Origin: Dehalococcoidia bacterium
Lineage (GTDB): Bacteria > Chloroflexota > Dehalococcoidia > Lucifugimonadales > VXLM01
Length of the DNA stretch: 64,000 nt
Direction of reading: 5' to 3'
Assembly (NCBI GenBank): GCA_963662435.1
Contig: OY759598.1
Location: forward strand, 2,760,507 to 2,824,506
Shown here: one piece after another, positions 19,071-29,024 of the stretch
How the letters are laid out: every line of letters starts with the position of its first letter
Numbering within the stretch: position 1 is the first letter of the stretch
Position numbers and translations under genes: made by a program
Notes under the pieces: generated by a model
Databases searched by the model: none
Seen by the model: the letters and a program-made list of their open reading frames with translations, nothing else
Told to the model about the DNA's origin: nothing

Positions 19071-20603
19071 GTGAATATCCTGAATCGCATCAGTGAACGT
19101 GTTCCGCCGTACGTTGCGCTGATACCCGTGTGCTTCGGCGTGTTCGTCGCTGCCGACGACCAGACCGTCATCGTGACCGTGCTACCGCAGATAATGCTGG
19201 ACATGGACGTGCCGGTCACGGAGCTCGACCACGCCTCATGGGCGATTACCGGTTACCTGCTCGGCTACCTGGTAGGAATGCCGCTCATCGGGCGTGTATC
19301 CGACATCTGGGGACATCGCCGCCTCTACCTCCTGTCGGTCGTAGCGTTCACCATCGGGTCGGTGGCCGTCGCCCTGTCGCAGAGCCTCAACTGGATGATC
19401 GCTGCAAGAGTCTTCCAGGCACTTGGCGCAGGGGCGCTCGTGCCCATCTCCATCGCAATCGTGGGTGACCTCTTCCCCCGCGGGAAACGGGCCCTCCCAT
19501 TGGGCATCGTCGGAGCCTCCGCCGAGGCTGGCGGCGTGATTGGCCCACTTTGGGGCGGCCTGATTATTCGGTACCTCGATTGGCGATGGGTGTTTTGGAT
19601 CAACATCCCGCTGGCCATCCTGACGGTCGCGCTCATTCTGCTGCTGCTTCGACCCAGCCCACGCTTCCCGGCATCCATCGACGTGATTGGGGGTGCCCTG
19701 GTGGCTGCGACGTTGACGTGCACCACCCTTGCTCTCTCGCGAATCGGCTCGTTCGATTGGCTGGGCGTCGGTTACGTTGTGGGAGGAGTCCTCACTCTCA
19801 TGCTCTTTGTCCTGCGACAGCGAAGCACGACCGACCCTTTGCTGCCGCCGGCCATGTTTCGCGTGCTGGCCTTCGTCACGGCCAACATCACACACCTTCT
19901 CATCGGCGCCGCGCTGATCATCGGCATGGTCACCGTCCCGCTGATGGCCAACACGGTCATGGGCAGGACACCCCTCGAGGGAGGACTTTGGCTCATGCGC
20001 ATGACCGCAGGTATCCCCTTCGGCGCCATGCTGGGCGGTCTGCTTGCTCAGCGTTTCGACCTGCGAATTCCGGCCGTTGCCGGACTTGCGTTTGCGTGCG
20101 TCGGATTCTGGCTGGTCACCGGATGGGACCTCGACATCGGCGAGCCTCAACTATCGATTCATCTTCTGACCGTGGGGTTTGGGTTCGGCCTCCTGATCGT
20201 ACCGATCGCGCTCGCGGGCACTGAGACGGTGGGCGAGGACATCCGGGCTACCGCAGCGTCCATGGTGACAGCCTTGCGCATCGTGGGAATGACCTTCGGC
20301 CTCGCGGCTCTCACGGCTTGGGGCGTCGCTAGGTTTGGCGTCCTCGCCGCCGACATACGTCTCCCTCTCGGCGAGGCGGGACAGACCACTGCTGAAGCCC
20401 AGGCGCAGCTGGACCAGTTCACCGATCGCATCAACGACGCCGGCCTGGCCCTGTTCCAAGAATTCTTCTTCATCGCTGCGGTGGTATGTCTTATCGCGAT
20501 CATTCCAGCAGTCCTGATGATCATCAACAAGACAGCATCAGGGCAATCCCTAACCTCGACAGGAGACGCAGATGTTCTACGAGATAGGCAAGGGGACGCC
20601 TGA
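19071..20603 (+). CDS. 14-TM MFS transporter, Rv1410c/P55-like (DHA2)
   Basis: DQTVIVTVLPQIM, WAITGYLLGYLVGMPLIGRVSDIWGHRR, GGVIGPLWGG, WRWVFWINIP. Confidence 0.85.
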   Translation: MNILNRISERVPPYVALIPVCFGVFVAADDQTVIVTVLPQIMLDMDVPVTELDHASWAITGYLLGYLVGMPLIGRVSDIWGHRRLYLLSVVAFTIGSVAVALSQSLNWMIAARVFQALGAGALVPISIAIVGDLFPRGKRALPLGIVGASAEAGGVIGPLWGGLIIRYLDWRWVFWINIPLAILTVALILLLLRPSPRFPASIDVIGGALVAATLTCTTLALSRIGSFDWLGVGYVVGGVLTLMLFVLRQRSTTDPLLPPAMFRVLAFVTANITHLLIGAALIIGMVTVPLMANTVMGRTPLEGGLWLMRMTAGIPFGAMLGGLLAQRFDLRIPAVAGLAFACVGFWLVTGWDLDIGEPQLSIHLLTVGFGFGLLIVPIALAGTETVGEDIRATAASMVTALRIVGMTFGLAALTAWGVARFGVLAADIRLPLGEAGQTTAEAQAQLDQFTDRINDAGLALFQEFFFIAAVVCLIAIIPAVLMIINKTASGQSLTSTGDADVLRDRQGDA

Positions 20604-21189
20604 TCCCTACAGCACGTTGAACGCCATCGTGGTCCCGCGTCCCATCGGCTGGATATCCACCCTCAGCGCGGAGGGTGTCCCAAACTTGGCTCCCTACTCG
20701 TTCTTCAACGCAGTCGCATACAGCCCGCCACAGGTGATGTTCGCAGCGACGAGCAGTCATAGGTCCGGTGGACTCAAGGATGCCGTGCGCGACGCGCAGA
20801 CGACCGGAGAGTTCGTAGTGAACGTGGCGACGTGGAAACTGAGGGAGCAGATGAACGCTTCCGCTGTACCCGCTCCCAGAGAGATCGACGAGTTCGAGTA
20901 CGCGGGACTCACGAAGGCAACCAGCAGGTTGGTGAAGTGTCCACGCGTCGCTGAGAGCCCGATACACCTGGAGTGCCGCTACTCTCGATCCGTCGAGGTG
21001 CTTTCAAACGATGCTGATGACCCGAACACCGTCGTCTTCGGTGAGGTAGTAGGAGTACACATCGACGATCACGTGCTCGTTGACGGCCGGATTGACTTCC
21101 TGAAGCTCCGGCCCGTGGGAAGGCTCGGCTACCAAGATTTCGTCGAAGTTGACAGAGTCTTCAGTATGGAACGACCTACCTGGGGCTAG
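20572..21189 (+). CDS. Flavin reductase family protein (DIM6/NTAB)
   Basis: VVPRPIGWIST, NLAPYSFFN, GEFVVN, ESPIHLEC, RPVGRLGY. Confidence 0.92.
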   Translation: MFYEIGKGTPDPYSTLNAIVVPRPIGWISTLSAEGVPNLAPYSFFNAVAYSPPQVMFAATSSHRSGGLKDAVRDAQTTGEFVVNVATWKLREQMNASAVPAPREIDEFEYAGLTKATSRLVKCPRVAESPIHLECRYSRSVEVLSNDADDPNTVVFGEVVGVHIDDHVLVDGRIDFLKLRPVGRLGYQDFVEVDRVFSMERPTWG

Positions 21190-21313
21190 CGGCCTAAGGA
21201 ATGGCATCCTTGCCTCCAATCCACCGATTGGACCCGTATCCGGAAGGCGAACTCATGGGACCGTGATGGCGAAAGTCATTGCCTTTTCCCAAAAACCGTT
21301 TAGCATTAGTGCT

Positions 21314-21697
21314 ATGTATGTAATCAAGAAATCGCGCTTCCGATCACGGGGATCCCCCAAGTCCGACCTCAACGCTCCGTTGCGGAAGTTCCTGACACGA
21401 CGCCTCCCGCCGTCGAACAGCAGCGTCAAGCTTGTGCATCGGGAGACAACGGTCTGCTATGCGTACATGTGCCAGTACGCCTACGCGTGTACCGAAAAGT
21501 CGTCTCGTCCGGCAAAGGTGCTCGAACGGCGGTGCATGAGGTACCAGCCTGAGGCGATGCGCGTAGAGCCTCGAATGTCGGACTTTGCGCTGGATATGCT
21601 CGCACAGAGGCGGGATGCCGGGGAGTGCCTGGAGGCGGCAACAGTCGCGGTCTTGGAAGAGCTCAGACCGGATGGGCCAACCCGGAGGTCCATCTGA
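21314..21697 (+). CDS. Hypothetical protein (possibly leaderless)
   Basis: Fills the gap between genes; TTGCCT-N16-TAGCAT ends 7 nt before the ATG; no family recognised. Confidence 0.35.
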   Translation: MYVIKKSRFRSRGSPKSDLNAPLRKFLTRRLPPSNSSVKLVHRETTVCYAYMCQYAYACTEKSSRPAKVLERRCMRYQPEAMRVEPRMSDFALDMLAQRRDAGECLEAATVAVLEELRPDGPTRRSI

Positions 21698-21719
21698 CCG
21701 CTTCAGGCTTCATACGGGC

Positions 21720-22724
21720 TCACCAGGTGGGCTCGGTGTCCTGGAACGAATTGTTGGTCAGACGCTGTTGGTCCTGCCCATCGGACTCCATGACGAATAT
21801 GTCCGCGTCGCCGTCCAGATAGGAAACGAACGCGATTCTCCTGCCATTCGGGGACCATGTCGGCTGATCGTCACGGACCTCGTTATGGGTCAGTCTCGTG
21901 AGATTGTCCATCATACCCCTATCCTTGATCTCAACGACGTATATCTCGGCGTTGCCGTCCCGTTCGGTGACGAACAGCAGCCTCTTGCCGTTTGGAGACC
22001 AGGAAAGGTCGTACTCAGGCGCTGCCGAATCGGTGATGCGAACTTCTTCGCCCTCTTCGGGTTCCACAACGTAGATTTCCGGGTTGCCGTCACGCGTAGA
22101 CAGGAAGGCGATATACCGCGAGTCAGGCGACCACACGGCGCCGTAGTCTGTCGACTGCGTGCGTCTGAACTCGTTCACGCCGTCAGGGTTGCGGATGTAG
22201 AGACCTTGCTCGGCTCCATCTTGAACGGAGAATACGACGAAGTTACCCTCGGGCGACCATCCCCCGACCTCGTCTGCGGCCACTTTGCTTAGCAGAAGGG
22301 ACTCCGTACCATCAGATTCACTCACGTATACCGAGTTGCCGGACTCCTGCGCCATGGCGTAGGCCACGCGTTCGCTGTCAGGCCCCCATTTCGGCCGCGT
22401 GAGTGTACCGGCGCCCGCGAATACCTGCGTTCTCTCCTCTCCGGAAATCTCCAGCACCTCGAGATTCATTTCCTCGCTGCCGCCGGACAGAAAGGCGACG
22501 TACCTTCCATTCGGTGAGAGCGAGGGAGAGAACTCGTCACGCGGGCTCTTGCTGAGGTTCTCTTCGTCACCCCGGCCATCGGCCTGAACGGCATAGATCT
22601 CCAGGTTGCCATCTCGGTCGGACGTGAATACGATTGGTGGTGTACCCGACCGGCAGGCCATCGCGAAGAGGAGAATCGGAAGCAAGGCGATTAAGCTGAG
22701 AGTACGGAGGAAGGGCCGTTGCAT
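21720..22724 (-). CDS. TolB-like PD40 beta-propeller lipoprotein
   Basis: Lipobox-like AMAC; repeated WSP(D/N)G..IAF.S.RDGN.EIY. Confidence 0.88.
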   Translation of the reverse strand: MQRPFLRTLSLIALLPILLFAMACRSGTPPIVFTSDRDGNLEIYAVQADGRGDEENLSKSPRDEFSPSLSPNGRYVAFLSGGSEEMNLEVLEISGEERTQVFAGAGTLTRPKWGPDSERVAYAMAQESGNSVYVSESDGTESLLLSKVAADEVGGWSPEGNFVVFSVQDGAEQGLYIRNPDGVNEFRRTQSTDYGAVWSPDSRYIAFLSTRDGNPEIYVVEPEEGEEVRITDSAAPEYDLSWSPNGKRLLFVTERDGNAEIYVVEIKDRGMMDNLTRLTHNEVRDDQPTWSPNGRRIAFVSYLDGDADIFVMESDGQDQQRLTNNSFQDTEPTW

Positions 22725-22793
22725 GGCTGTTGGTACCTTCGCTAATTCAGAAAAGTATTGAACAACGTCATAGTTCTGCACCAAGTATTTGAC

Positions 22794-23207
22794 ATGGGAA
22801 ACCGTTCGACCGCAAGGCGTCGCAAGGTCAATTTCCCAGGAACAGACGATTCTTCATCCCTCGAAACGGCGGCCAGGGACGAGTCGGGCTACAGCTTGCT
22901 GGAAGTCGTCATCGCCATGGCCATTATCAGTATCGCGGTGGTCGGTCTCGTTGGCGGACTTTCGCTCGTCATACGTATCTCAGACATGTTGGAGGAGCAG
23001 GCCGTGACGGAGACCCTCGCCGCCGGACACGTGGAAGAGCACCTTAACGGAGACTGTCCGGCGGAAGACTCATTCGTGGGTACCTACAATATCGAGGGCC
23101 ACACTGCCGGGGGAAAGTACGTTGCGGAGGTGACCTCCGAGGATGAGCCGATATTCTCGCTAAGCACTCTCGCTGCAATGAGTTGCCCGGAGAGTCCGAA
23201 CCCATGA
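22794..23207 (+). CDS. Type IV prepilin-like protein
   Basis: ESG|YSLLEVVIAMAII cleavage/methylation motif. Confidence 0.75.
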   Translation: MGNRSTARRRKVNFPGTDDSSSLETAARDESGYSLLEVVIAMAIISIAVVGLVGGLSLVIRISDMLEEQAVTETLAAGHVEEHLNGDCPAEDSFVGTYNIEGHTAGGKYVAEVTSEDEPIFSLSTLAAMSCPESPNP

Positions 23208-23755
23208 CCGCGACACGTCGTGCGCGTATGGGTCCGTGGACCGGCCTGACTCTGCTGGAAACTGCGGCGGTGATGCTCATTTTGGCGGTCCTTGCCGTGC
23301 CGCTGGTTGCGGTAGCGGCCAGGTTCATCGTCCTGCCCGTGGAATGGCAGAATAACCTCGGCGATGTGCGGGACGCGCGCGAAGCCCTGCACTGGGTCGC
23401 GTCCGACGCCAGGCAGGCCGCCTGCTTCAAGGAAACCCAATTTGACGGCTACATCGGCACGTTCGAATGGACTGATTACACCGAGACGCCGGCAAGACAA
23501 TTCAGCGTCCGTTACTCCTTGGGCACCCCGAACTCAGACGGTCGGCAGGAGTTGATGCGGGCGGAGACCGTCGACGCCTCCCAACCAAAGACGATTGCTA
23601 TCGGATACGTCGAGGGCTTTGATATAAGGCAGAGAGAGCGGCTCATCTATGCGCGAGTGCGCATCCCAACCAGGACCACGAATGACTCGGATGTCAGCCC
23701 TCTTGAGATCGCCGCGTTGATGCGGCCAAGCGGGCAGGCCATTGCGAACTGCTAG
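23204..23755 (+). CDS. Type IV prepilin-like (minor pilin) protein
   Basis: TG|LTLLETAAVMLIL motif; ATGA overlap with the previous gene. Confidence 0.7.
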   Translation: MTATRRARMGPWTGLTLLETAAVMLILAVLAVPLVAVAARFIVLPVEWQNNLGDVRDAREALHWVASDARQAACFKETQFDGYIGTFEWTDYTETPARQFSVRYSLGTPNSDGRQELMRAETVDASQPKTIAIGYVEGFDIRQRERLIYARVRIPTRTTNDSDVSPLEIAALMRPSGQAIANC

Positions 23756-24588
23756 AAGTCCTCGTCTGATGAGTTTATGATGCGATGGATTGACGGCGAA
23801 AATGCCTCATCGTCACCCGGCTCCGTATCGTCGTCCGACCAGTCCTTCGCGGCATTGATGCGCTTGGCCTCTGCGGCCTGCTCGTCTTCCTCCGAGTCGT
23901 AACTGGGTGACGCGCTGGGGACGCTTGTCCCTGCGGGGGACTTTGACGGGAATGACACGATTCTCGCCTGAGAAGGGTGCTTGTAGACCTCGCGGATGAT
24001 GATCGTCACTTCCCGGTCATCCACGCTCTTTACCGTTGCCTGATAGCGGTTCCCGCCGCTCATTAAACGCTTGAGCCGGGAGGCCGTCTTGGACTCGACC
24101 TGGCCCAGTTCCTCTCCGGAGACATCGTCCTTGACATTCAATCTCCGGCCCGAAAGCTCCAAGCTCACGTCGTCGCCCGGCGTGAGTCTGGCGAGCGTCT
24201 TGAGCGGTGCGACATTCACCAGGGACGTGACCAGCGTCTTGCCCGACTCACCTATGAAGGCCCGTGTTGCCTTGCGGTGTACGGCTTGCTGCCGGGGCAG
24301 GTCGTCGCCCAGCTTCTCCAGCCTATCCAGGTTCTTTCTTGCGATCGTGTTGTGTGGGGATACTGCCAATACCCGCCGGAACGCGTCTCGGGCTTCTTCG
24401 ATGCGTCCGATCTCGGTGAGTGCCCTGCCCAAGCGATTGTACGACTCTAGGTCGCCGGGAAAGTCATCGATGAGGGTCTGGTTGACGGAGATGGCTTCGG
24501 GCCAGCGATTCTGCATCGCCAGCGTTATCGCGGCCTTCGTACGTTCCTGTTTTGTCTTCACTTTGTCGTCGGTCTGTTGGAATGCCAT
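23752..24588 (-). CDS. Tetratricopeptide repeat protein
   Basis: SYNRLGRALTEIG...A...FRRVL..SPHNTIARKNL TPR; acidic tail. Confidence 0.75.
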   Translation of the reverse strand: MAFQQTDDKVKTKQERTKAAITLAMQNRWPEAISVNQTLIDDFPGDLESYNRLGRALTEIGRIEEARDAFRRVLAVSPHNTIARKNLDRLEKLGDDLPRQQAVHRKATRAFIGESGKTLVTSLVNVAPLKTLARLTPGDDVSLELSGRRLNVKDDVSGEELGQVESKTASRLKRLMSGGNRYQATVKSVDDREVTIIIREVYKHPSQARIVSFPSKSPAGTSVPSASPSYDSEEDEQAAEAKRINAAKDWSDDDTEPGDDEAFSPSIHRIINSSDEDF

Positions 24589-24694
24589 GCCTGCGACTCC
24601 ACAATCTCGTGATACAAATATCCGTGGTTGAACTAATACAAGATTCGTACCGTTGCCGCAAGCATATTTTGACCCCTCTGTCGGGGAATTCTTG

Positions 24695-25417
24695 TTAGCG
24701 CGCAGCCTTCCATCGAAGAAGGAGCAGCTTCCACAATGCTTCGATCATGATGCCTAGCGACATCTTTGACTTCCCCATCGTTCGATCTATGAAGACTATC
24801 GGGTGTTCAACGATCGTATATCCCAGGCGCTCGCAGGTGTAGTTGACCTCCGCCTGGAAGCCGAATCCCGCGCACCGAATCCGGGAGAAGTCGACCGATC
24901 GCAGAACGCCTTCGCGGAATGCCTTGAACCCTCCCGTGGCGTCCTTAATTTTCACGCCCGTAACGGTCCGTATTCCCCAGTTGCCGCCGGAGCTGATAAA
25001 CCGCCTCAAGATGCCCCAGTGCTCGTCCACGCCGCCATCCTCTACGTAGCGGGAACCGACCACCACGTCGGCATCCTCGAGGGCGGCGATGAACTGCGGG
25101 ATGTACTCGGGCTGATGCGAAAGGTCGGCGTCCATCTGCACGATGTAGTCCGCATCGCCATCGAGCGCGTGGGAAAACCCCGCAATGTATGCCGGGCCCA
25201 GCCCCTCCTTCTTGTGTCGCTGAACCAGCTCGACTCGTCCGTCGTACTGCTTCGCCAGACGCTTAGCGACCTCGCCCGTGCCGTCGGGGGAACCGTCGTC
25301 CACGACGATGACGATCAGCCCCGGAAGGTCGAGCGCGAACAGCCTCTCGGCCAGTACCGGAAGGTTCTCTGCCTCGTTATAGGTCGGCACCACGACGGCT
25401 ATTCTGGCGGTGTCCAA
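24695..25417 (-). CDS. Polyprenol monophosphomannose synthase (GT2)
   Basis: VVVPTYNEAEN, VDDGSPDGTG, QMDADLSH, DATGGFKAFR, GKSKMS; TTG start after AGGAG. Confidence 0.88.
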   Translation of the reverse strand: MDTARIAVVVPTYNEAENLPVLAERLFALDLPGLIVIVVDDGSPDGTGEVAKRLAKQYDGRVELVQRHKKEGLGPAYIAGFSHALDGDADYIVQMDADLSHQPEYIPQFIAALEDADVVVGSRYVEDGGVDEHWGILRRFISSGGNWGIRTVTGVKIKDATGGFKAFREGVLRSVDFSRIRCAGFGFQAEVNYTCERLGYTIVEHPIVFIDRTMGKSKMSLGIMIEALWKLLLLRWKAAR

Positions 25418-25448
25418 TTCAGTAACTCCTGTGCACAAAGAACGATAA

Positions 25449-26171
25449 CTAACGATAGGCCCCAGTAACACCGCGCCAGCGGGTCAGAACGGCGTCCTTC
25501 GCCATTCTCACAGAATCGAGAACGGGGCTTATCTTGCTGGAATGCTCGTGATGCCAGTCTATTGCCATTTCGAATATAGATGCTCCCCGCCGCTTGGCGA
25601 TGAATAACACTTCGACGTCAAAGCCGAATCCGGTTGCCCGCTGCCGCTTGAAGACCTCGTCGGCGACGACGCCGCGAAACATCTTGAAGCCGCACTGCGT
25701 GTCCTGGAAGCCTCCCACTGCCACCAGACGAACGAACCGGTTGAATATCCTCCCCATAACGTGCCTTATGAGAGGCTCGCCGAACCTCCTCGCGCCCTCC
25801 GTCTGGCGGGAACCTATGACGATGTCGTATCCCTCGGCCATGCGCTCCATGAATTCATCGAGGTGTCCCACGGGCATGGACATGTCTGCGTCGCACATGA
25901 ATCGGTACTCGCCCGTGGTCTGGAGCATTCCGTGCCGGACCGCAAGTCCCTTTCCGGCCACCGGCAGCGCCTCTAGACGGACCTGAGGGATCTCCGACGA
26001 CCAAGATTCGACGACGGCTGAGGTCGCGTCGTCGCTGCCGTTGTCCACGACAAGTATCTCCCACTCGAACCGGCGCGATGAGAGGTAGCCTACGAGCTTC
26101 TCCAACGTTGGCCCGATGCGCCGTTCTTCGTTGTACGCCGGAACGATAACCGATAGGAACGGCTTCGCCAA
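25449..26171 (-). CDS. Dolichyl-phosphate beta-glucosyltransferase-like GT2
   Basis: IVPAYNEERR, GKGLAVRHGML, MCDADMS, DTQCGFK, FGFDVEVL. Confidence 0.88.
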   Translation of the reverse strand: MAKPFLSVIVPAYNEERRIGPTLEKLVGYLSSRRFEWEILVVDNGSDDATSAVVESWSSEIPQVRLEALPVAGKGLAVRHGMLQTTGEYRFMCDADMSMPVGHLDEFMERMAEGYDIVIGSRQTEGARRFGEPLIRHVMGRIFNRFVRLVAVGGFQDTQCGFKMFRGVVADEVFKRQRATGFGFDVEVLFIAKRRGASIFEMAIDWHHEHSSKISPVLDSVRMAKDAVLTRWRGVTGAYR

Positions 26172-26320
26172 CGAGAGTCCCTCCTGTGGTGTCGTGAATC
26201 TTTAGCACGTTTGCCGGGTGGAATGCAATGTCCGCCTACGTAGATGACCGAGACCAAGGAGTTCACCGCTGTGGTCGCAGAGATCGCGGGGGATTGAAGA
26301 TATCGATCGCTGGGTGGTGC

Positions 26321-27127
26321 CTAACGGCCCTGGAACCGCGGAGGGCGGCGTTCGAGGAAGGCGCGACGTCCCTCGATGAAGTCCGCGCTGTCGAAACTAG
26401 CGAAGGGAAGGTCCTGCTGCTCCGGAGTGAGGTCTTCAAGCCCGGGATTGTCGAGGGCGATCTGCATGATCTCCTTGTGTCGGCGCTGCGACAGGGGCGC
26501 GAGGGGAACCATCTCCTGCGCCAAGCCATAGACGTAGTCAGCAATCTCGTCATCGGGGAGCAGGTGGTCCACGAGGCCGAAGCGCAGCGCCTCCGGTGCG
26601 TCGATCTGCCTACCCGACATGAGAATGTAGTTCGCCCGGCCCGGCCCAACGAGCCGGACGAGCCGTCGCATCTCCTTGTACCCGATGAGGATGTTCAACT
26701 TCGCAACGGGTATCGCGAAGCGACTGCCAGCGGCCGCGATGCGTATGTCCGTTGCCATGCTCAACTCGCACCCGCCGCCGATGCAGTAGCCTCGTATGAA
26801 GGAGATAGTCGGCTTGGGAATGCTCTCGACTGCGTCAAGTGCCCCGTCGAACGCCTCGGCGTAGACCTTGGCGCTCTCGGCGTCGTGGCGGTAGCGGTCG
26901 AAGTCGGTGATGTCGGCGCCGGCCGAGAAGGCCAGCTCTCCGGATCCGGTGAGGACAGCCACCCGGATGCCATCGTCAGCAGCGATCTCTTCGGAGATCC
27001 TACGTAGCTGCTTCCAGCCATCGTAGGTGATCGCGTTTCTTCGGTCCGGCCGGTTGAAGGTGACGGTCGCAACGCCGTCCCGCTGTTCAAATAGGATGTC
27101 GGATGTCACGTGTTCCTCGAACGACAA
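26321..27127 (-). CDS. Enoyl-CoA hydratase/isomerase family protein
   Basis: FNRPDRRNAI, AFSAGADI, IGGGCEL, EGRRAFLERRPP. Confidence 0.92.
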   Translation of the reverse strand: MSFEEHVTSDILFEQRDGVATVTFNRPDRRNAITYDGWKQLRRISEEIAADDGIRVAVLTGSGELAFSAGADITDFDRYRHDAESAKVYAEAFDGALDAVESIPKPTISFIRGYCIGGGCELSMATDIRIAAAGSRFAIPVAKLNILIGYKEMRRLVRLVGPGRANYILMSGRQIDAPEALRFGLVDHLLPDDEIADYVYGLAQEMVPLAPLSQRRHKEIMQIALDNPGLEDLTPEQQDLPFASFDSADFIEGRRAFLERRPPRFQGR

Positions 27128-27185
27128 GTTTGAATTCTATGTGAGCGCAAAGGTACCTCCCCTCATCGTCACTGCCTCGGCCTTC

Positions 27186-27812
27186 CTACTTCTTCAGCGA
27201 ATCGAGGAATATGAGGTCGCGCGCGTCAACTTGGGGACGGACGGCTTCCAGGAACGGTTCGAGTATGCCCTCGGGCGTCAGGTGGGTGGTGTCGAAATCG
27301 AGCTTCTGGCGGAAGTAGGAGTTGTTGTACTCGTACAGGAACTCCTCCATGATCTCCTCGACCTCGTCGGGCTTGACCAGCTCGTAGGGGTGGGGGTCGT
27401 CGACCATACGCTGCCGGATGACGTCGGGATCGCAGGTCATGTGGACGAGGATGCTGTTGTCCGGCATCTTGTGTTCGAGCCACCGATGGTAGGACACCTC
27501 GGAGCCGGGATGATAGTAGCGCGGCCCGAAGATCTTCTCCTCGATGTGGAAACCGCCAAAGATGCAGTCGTTGTACCGCTCCAGTATCTCCAAGTGATAG
27601 TAGATCACCATCCGCTGGAACCGCTCCTTGAGCACCGGCGACATGTTCCACATGGTCTGCTGGTCCTCCTCATTGAGGTGGTGATAGTCGGGGATCGTGA
27701 AGTCGCCGTCGTCCATGTGAAACTTCTTGCCGACCTTCAAGCCCCACTCCTGCAGCGCGTTTGCGAGGGTGGTCTTGCCCACATATTCGGTACCTATCAG
27801 GATTAGTCTCAC
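27186..27812 (-). CDS. P-loop nucleotide-kinase-like protein
   Basis: N-terminal Walker A variant IGTEYVGKTT; GTG start after GGAGG. Confidence 0.6.
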   Translation of the reverse strand: MRLILIGTEYVGKTTLANALQEWGLKVGKKFHMDDGDFTIPDYHHLNEEDQQTMWNMSPVLKERFQRMVIYYHLEILERYNDCIFGGFHIEEKIFGPRYYHPGSEVSYHRWLEHKMPDNSILVHMTCDPDVIRQRMVDDPHPYELVKPDEVEEIMEEFLYEYNNSYFRQKLDFDTTHLTPEGILEPFLEAVRPQVDARDLIFLDSLKK

Positions 27813-27873
27813 GGATCGCCTCCCTGGAATTGGTCAATGTCAGGTCGCTAGAGATTCTAACACCGTTCGACGG

Positions 27874-27949
27874 AAAACACGTGAGGCCGCCTTTCGGCGG
27901 CCCCACGCTGGAGGGGAGAGGAGGAGGTATTTCAAACGTAATTGGGTAA
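27874..27949 (-). ncRNA. Candidate ~76-nt sRNA with CCUCC-rich single-stranded region
   Basis: Promoter TTGACG-N18-TATTAT (27984-27955); CCTCCTCCTCTCCCCTCC; 12-bp GAAA-capped terminator followed by TGTTTT. Confidence 0.55.
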
Positions 27950-28232
27950 TTCAAATAATAGTCGATACTCGTACAAAGCGTCAAGGTTGAGCGTAGTCCT
28001 GGCCCCAATCGACATCAGTCTTCTATCGAATATGATCGACCCTTCGACGGACTCAGAGCCCGCCCCGTGCCAGAAACGGGGGTGAACAACGTTGCTTTAT
28101 CGCGTCTAATAGGATCAAACCGAACCCGGTGATTGCTAGCTTGCCAACTTACTATCGTGGTGAGCCAATCGAACCATGGAGGGAATCCCCTCCCTCCGGC
28201 ATGTGCTTGCTTGATTGGGTAGCCGGACGCCG

Positions 28233-29024
28233 TTACGCCAGCGCCCTCAGGCTGTCGTCGTCGATCGGCTGGAGAGGAGTGAAGTCGCGGTTATTCTGGT
28301 ACCAGGGGCGCTCGGTGCCGGTGCAAGCGTTGCCAACGGCGTTGTAATTCAGGTACATGATGGCGCGACGCCATGGCGAGACGTTGTTCGACGAACCGTG
28401 TACGACGTTGCAGTGTACGAATGCGACCGAACCGGCGTTTCCTATCAGCGGTTCGATCCCGCCTTCGCCTGCCAGGCGTTCGAGGACTTCGCTGTCAATA
28501 TGGTGGAGAGCATAACCCCTGCCCTTGGCGTCCTCGTGGAGCTTGGAGTCAAGCAGTCCGTGTCGCTGCGAGCCGGGCACGACCAGGAGCGGGGAGGTCA
28601 CGGCCGTGCAGTCGTCGACGTAGACGGATGCCATGATGCAATTCGCCTCCGGCATTCCGTCGATGAGGTGCCAGGGCGGGTAGTCCTGGTGCCAGTCCCA
28701 ACCGCCACCCTTCCCGAATCCGGGCTTGGGGTTGAGCCTGCTCTGATGCAAATAGGCATCATCGCCCAAGAGCTGTTTGACGGGCTCGAGCATTCGCGGC
28801 AGGGTGAGAAGACGTTTGAACGGCTCGGAGTATACGTGCGCCCCAAAGGCGAGACGCGCCGTCGTCGGGTCGTCTAGCTCCCGGACGACTTCGGGTCCCT
28901 CGCGGCTGAGAATTTCCGGCACTGCCCGTTGAAGCACGGCGACCTCTTCAGCGTCGAGGAGGTCGGGGAAGAACAGGTACCCTCGGCTTTCGAACTCTTC
29001 AATCTGCGATTCGTCGAGCTTCAT
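28233..29024 (-). CDS. Fe(II)/2-oxoglutarate dioxygenase, PhyH family (EctD/proline hydroxylase-like)
   Basis: HQSRLNPK, WDWHQDY..WH..DGMP, VVPGS, HCNVVHGS. Confidence 0.85.
   Translation of the reverse strand: MKLDESQIEEFESRGYLFFPDLLDAEEVAVLQRAVPEILSREGPEVVRELDDPTTARLAFGAHVYSEPFKRLLTLPRMLEPVKQLLGDDAYLHQSRLNPKPGFGKGGGWDWHQDYPPWHLIDGMPEANCIMASVYVDDCTAVTSPLLVVPGSQRHGLLDSKLHEDAKGRGYALHHIDSEVLERLAGEGGIEPLIGNAGSVAFVHCNVVHGSSNNVSPWRRAIMYLNYNAVGNACTGTERPWYQNNRDFTPLQPIDDDSLRALA

Noticed and set aside
20572..20603. Frameshift or fusion between the MFS and flavin reductase
   Set aside because: Both proteins look complete; the reductase has its own AGGAG RBS inside a 32-nt overlap
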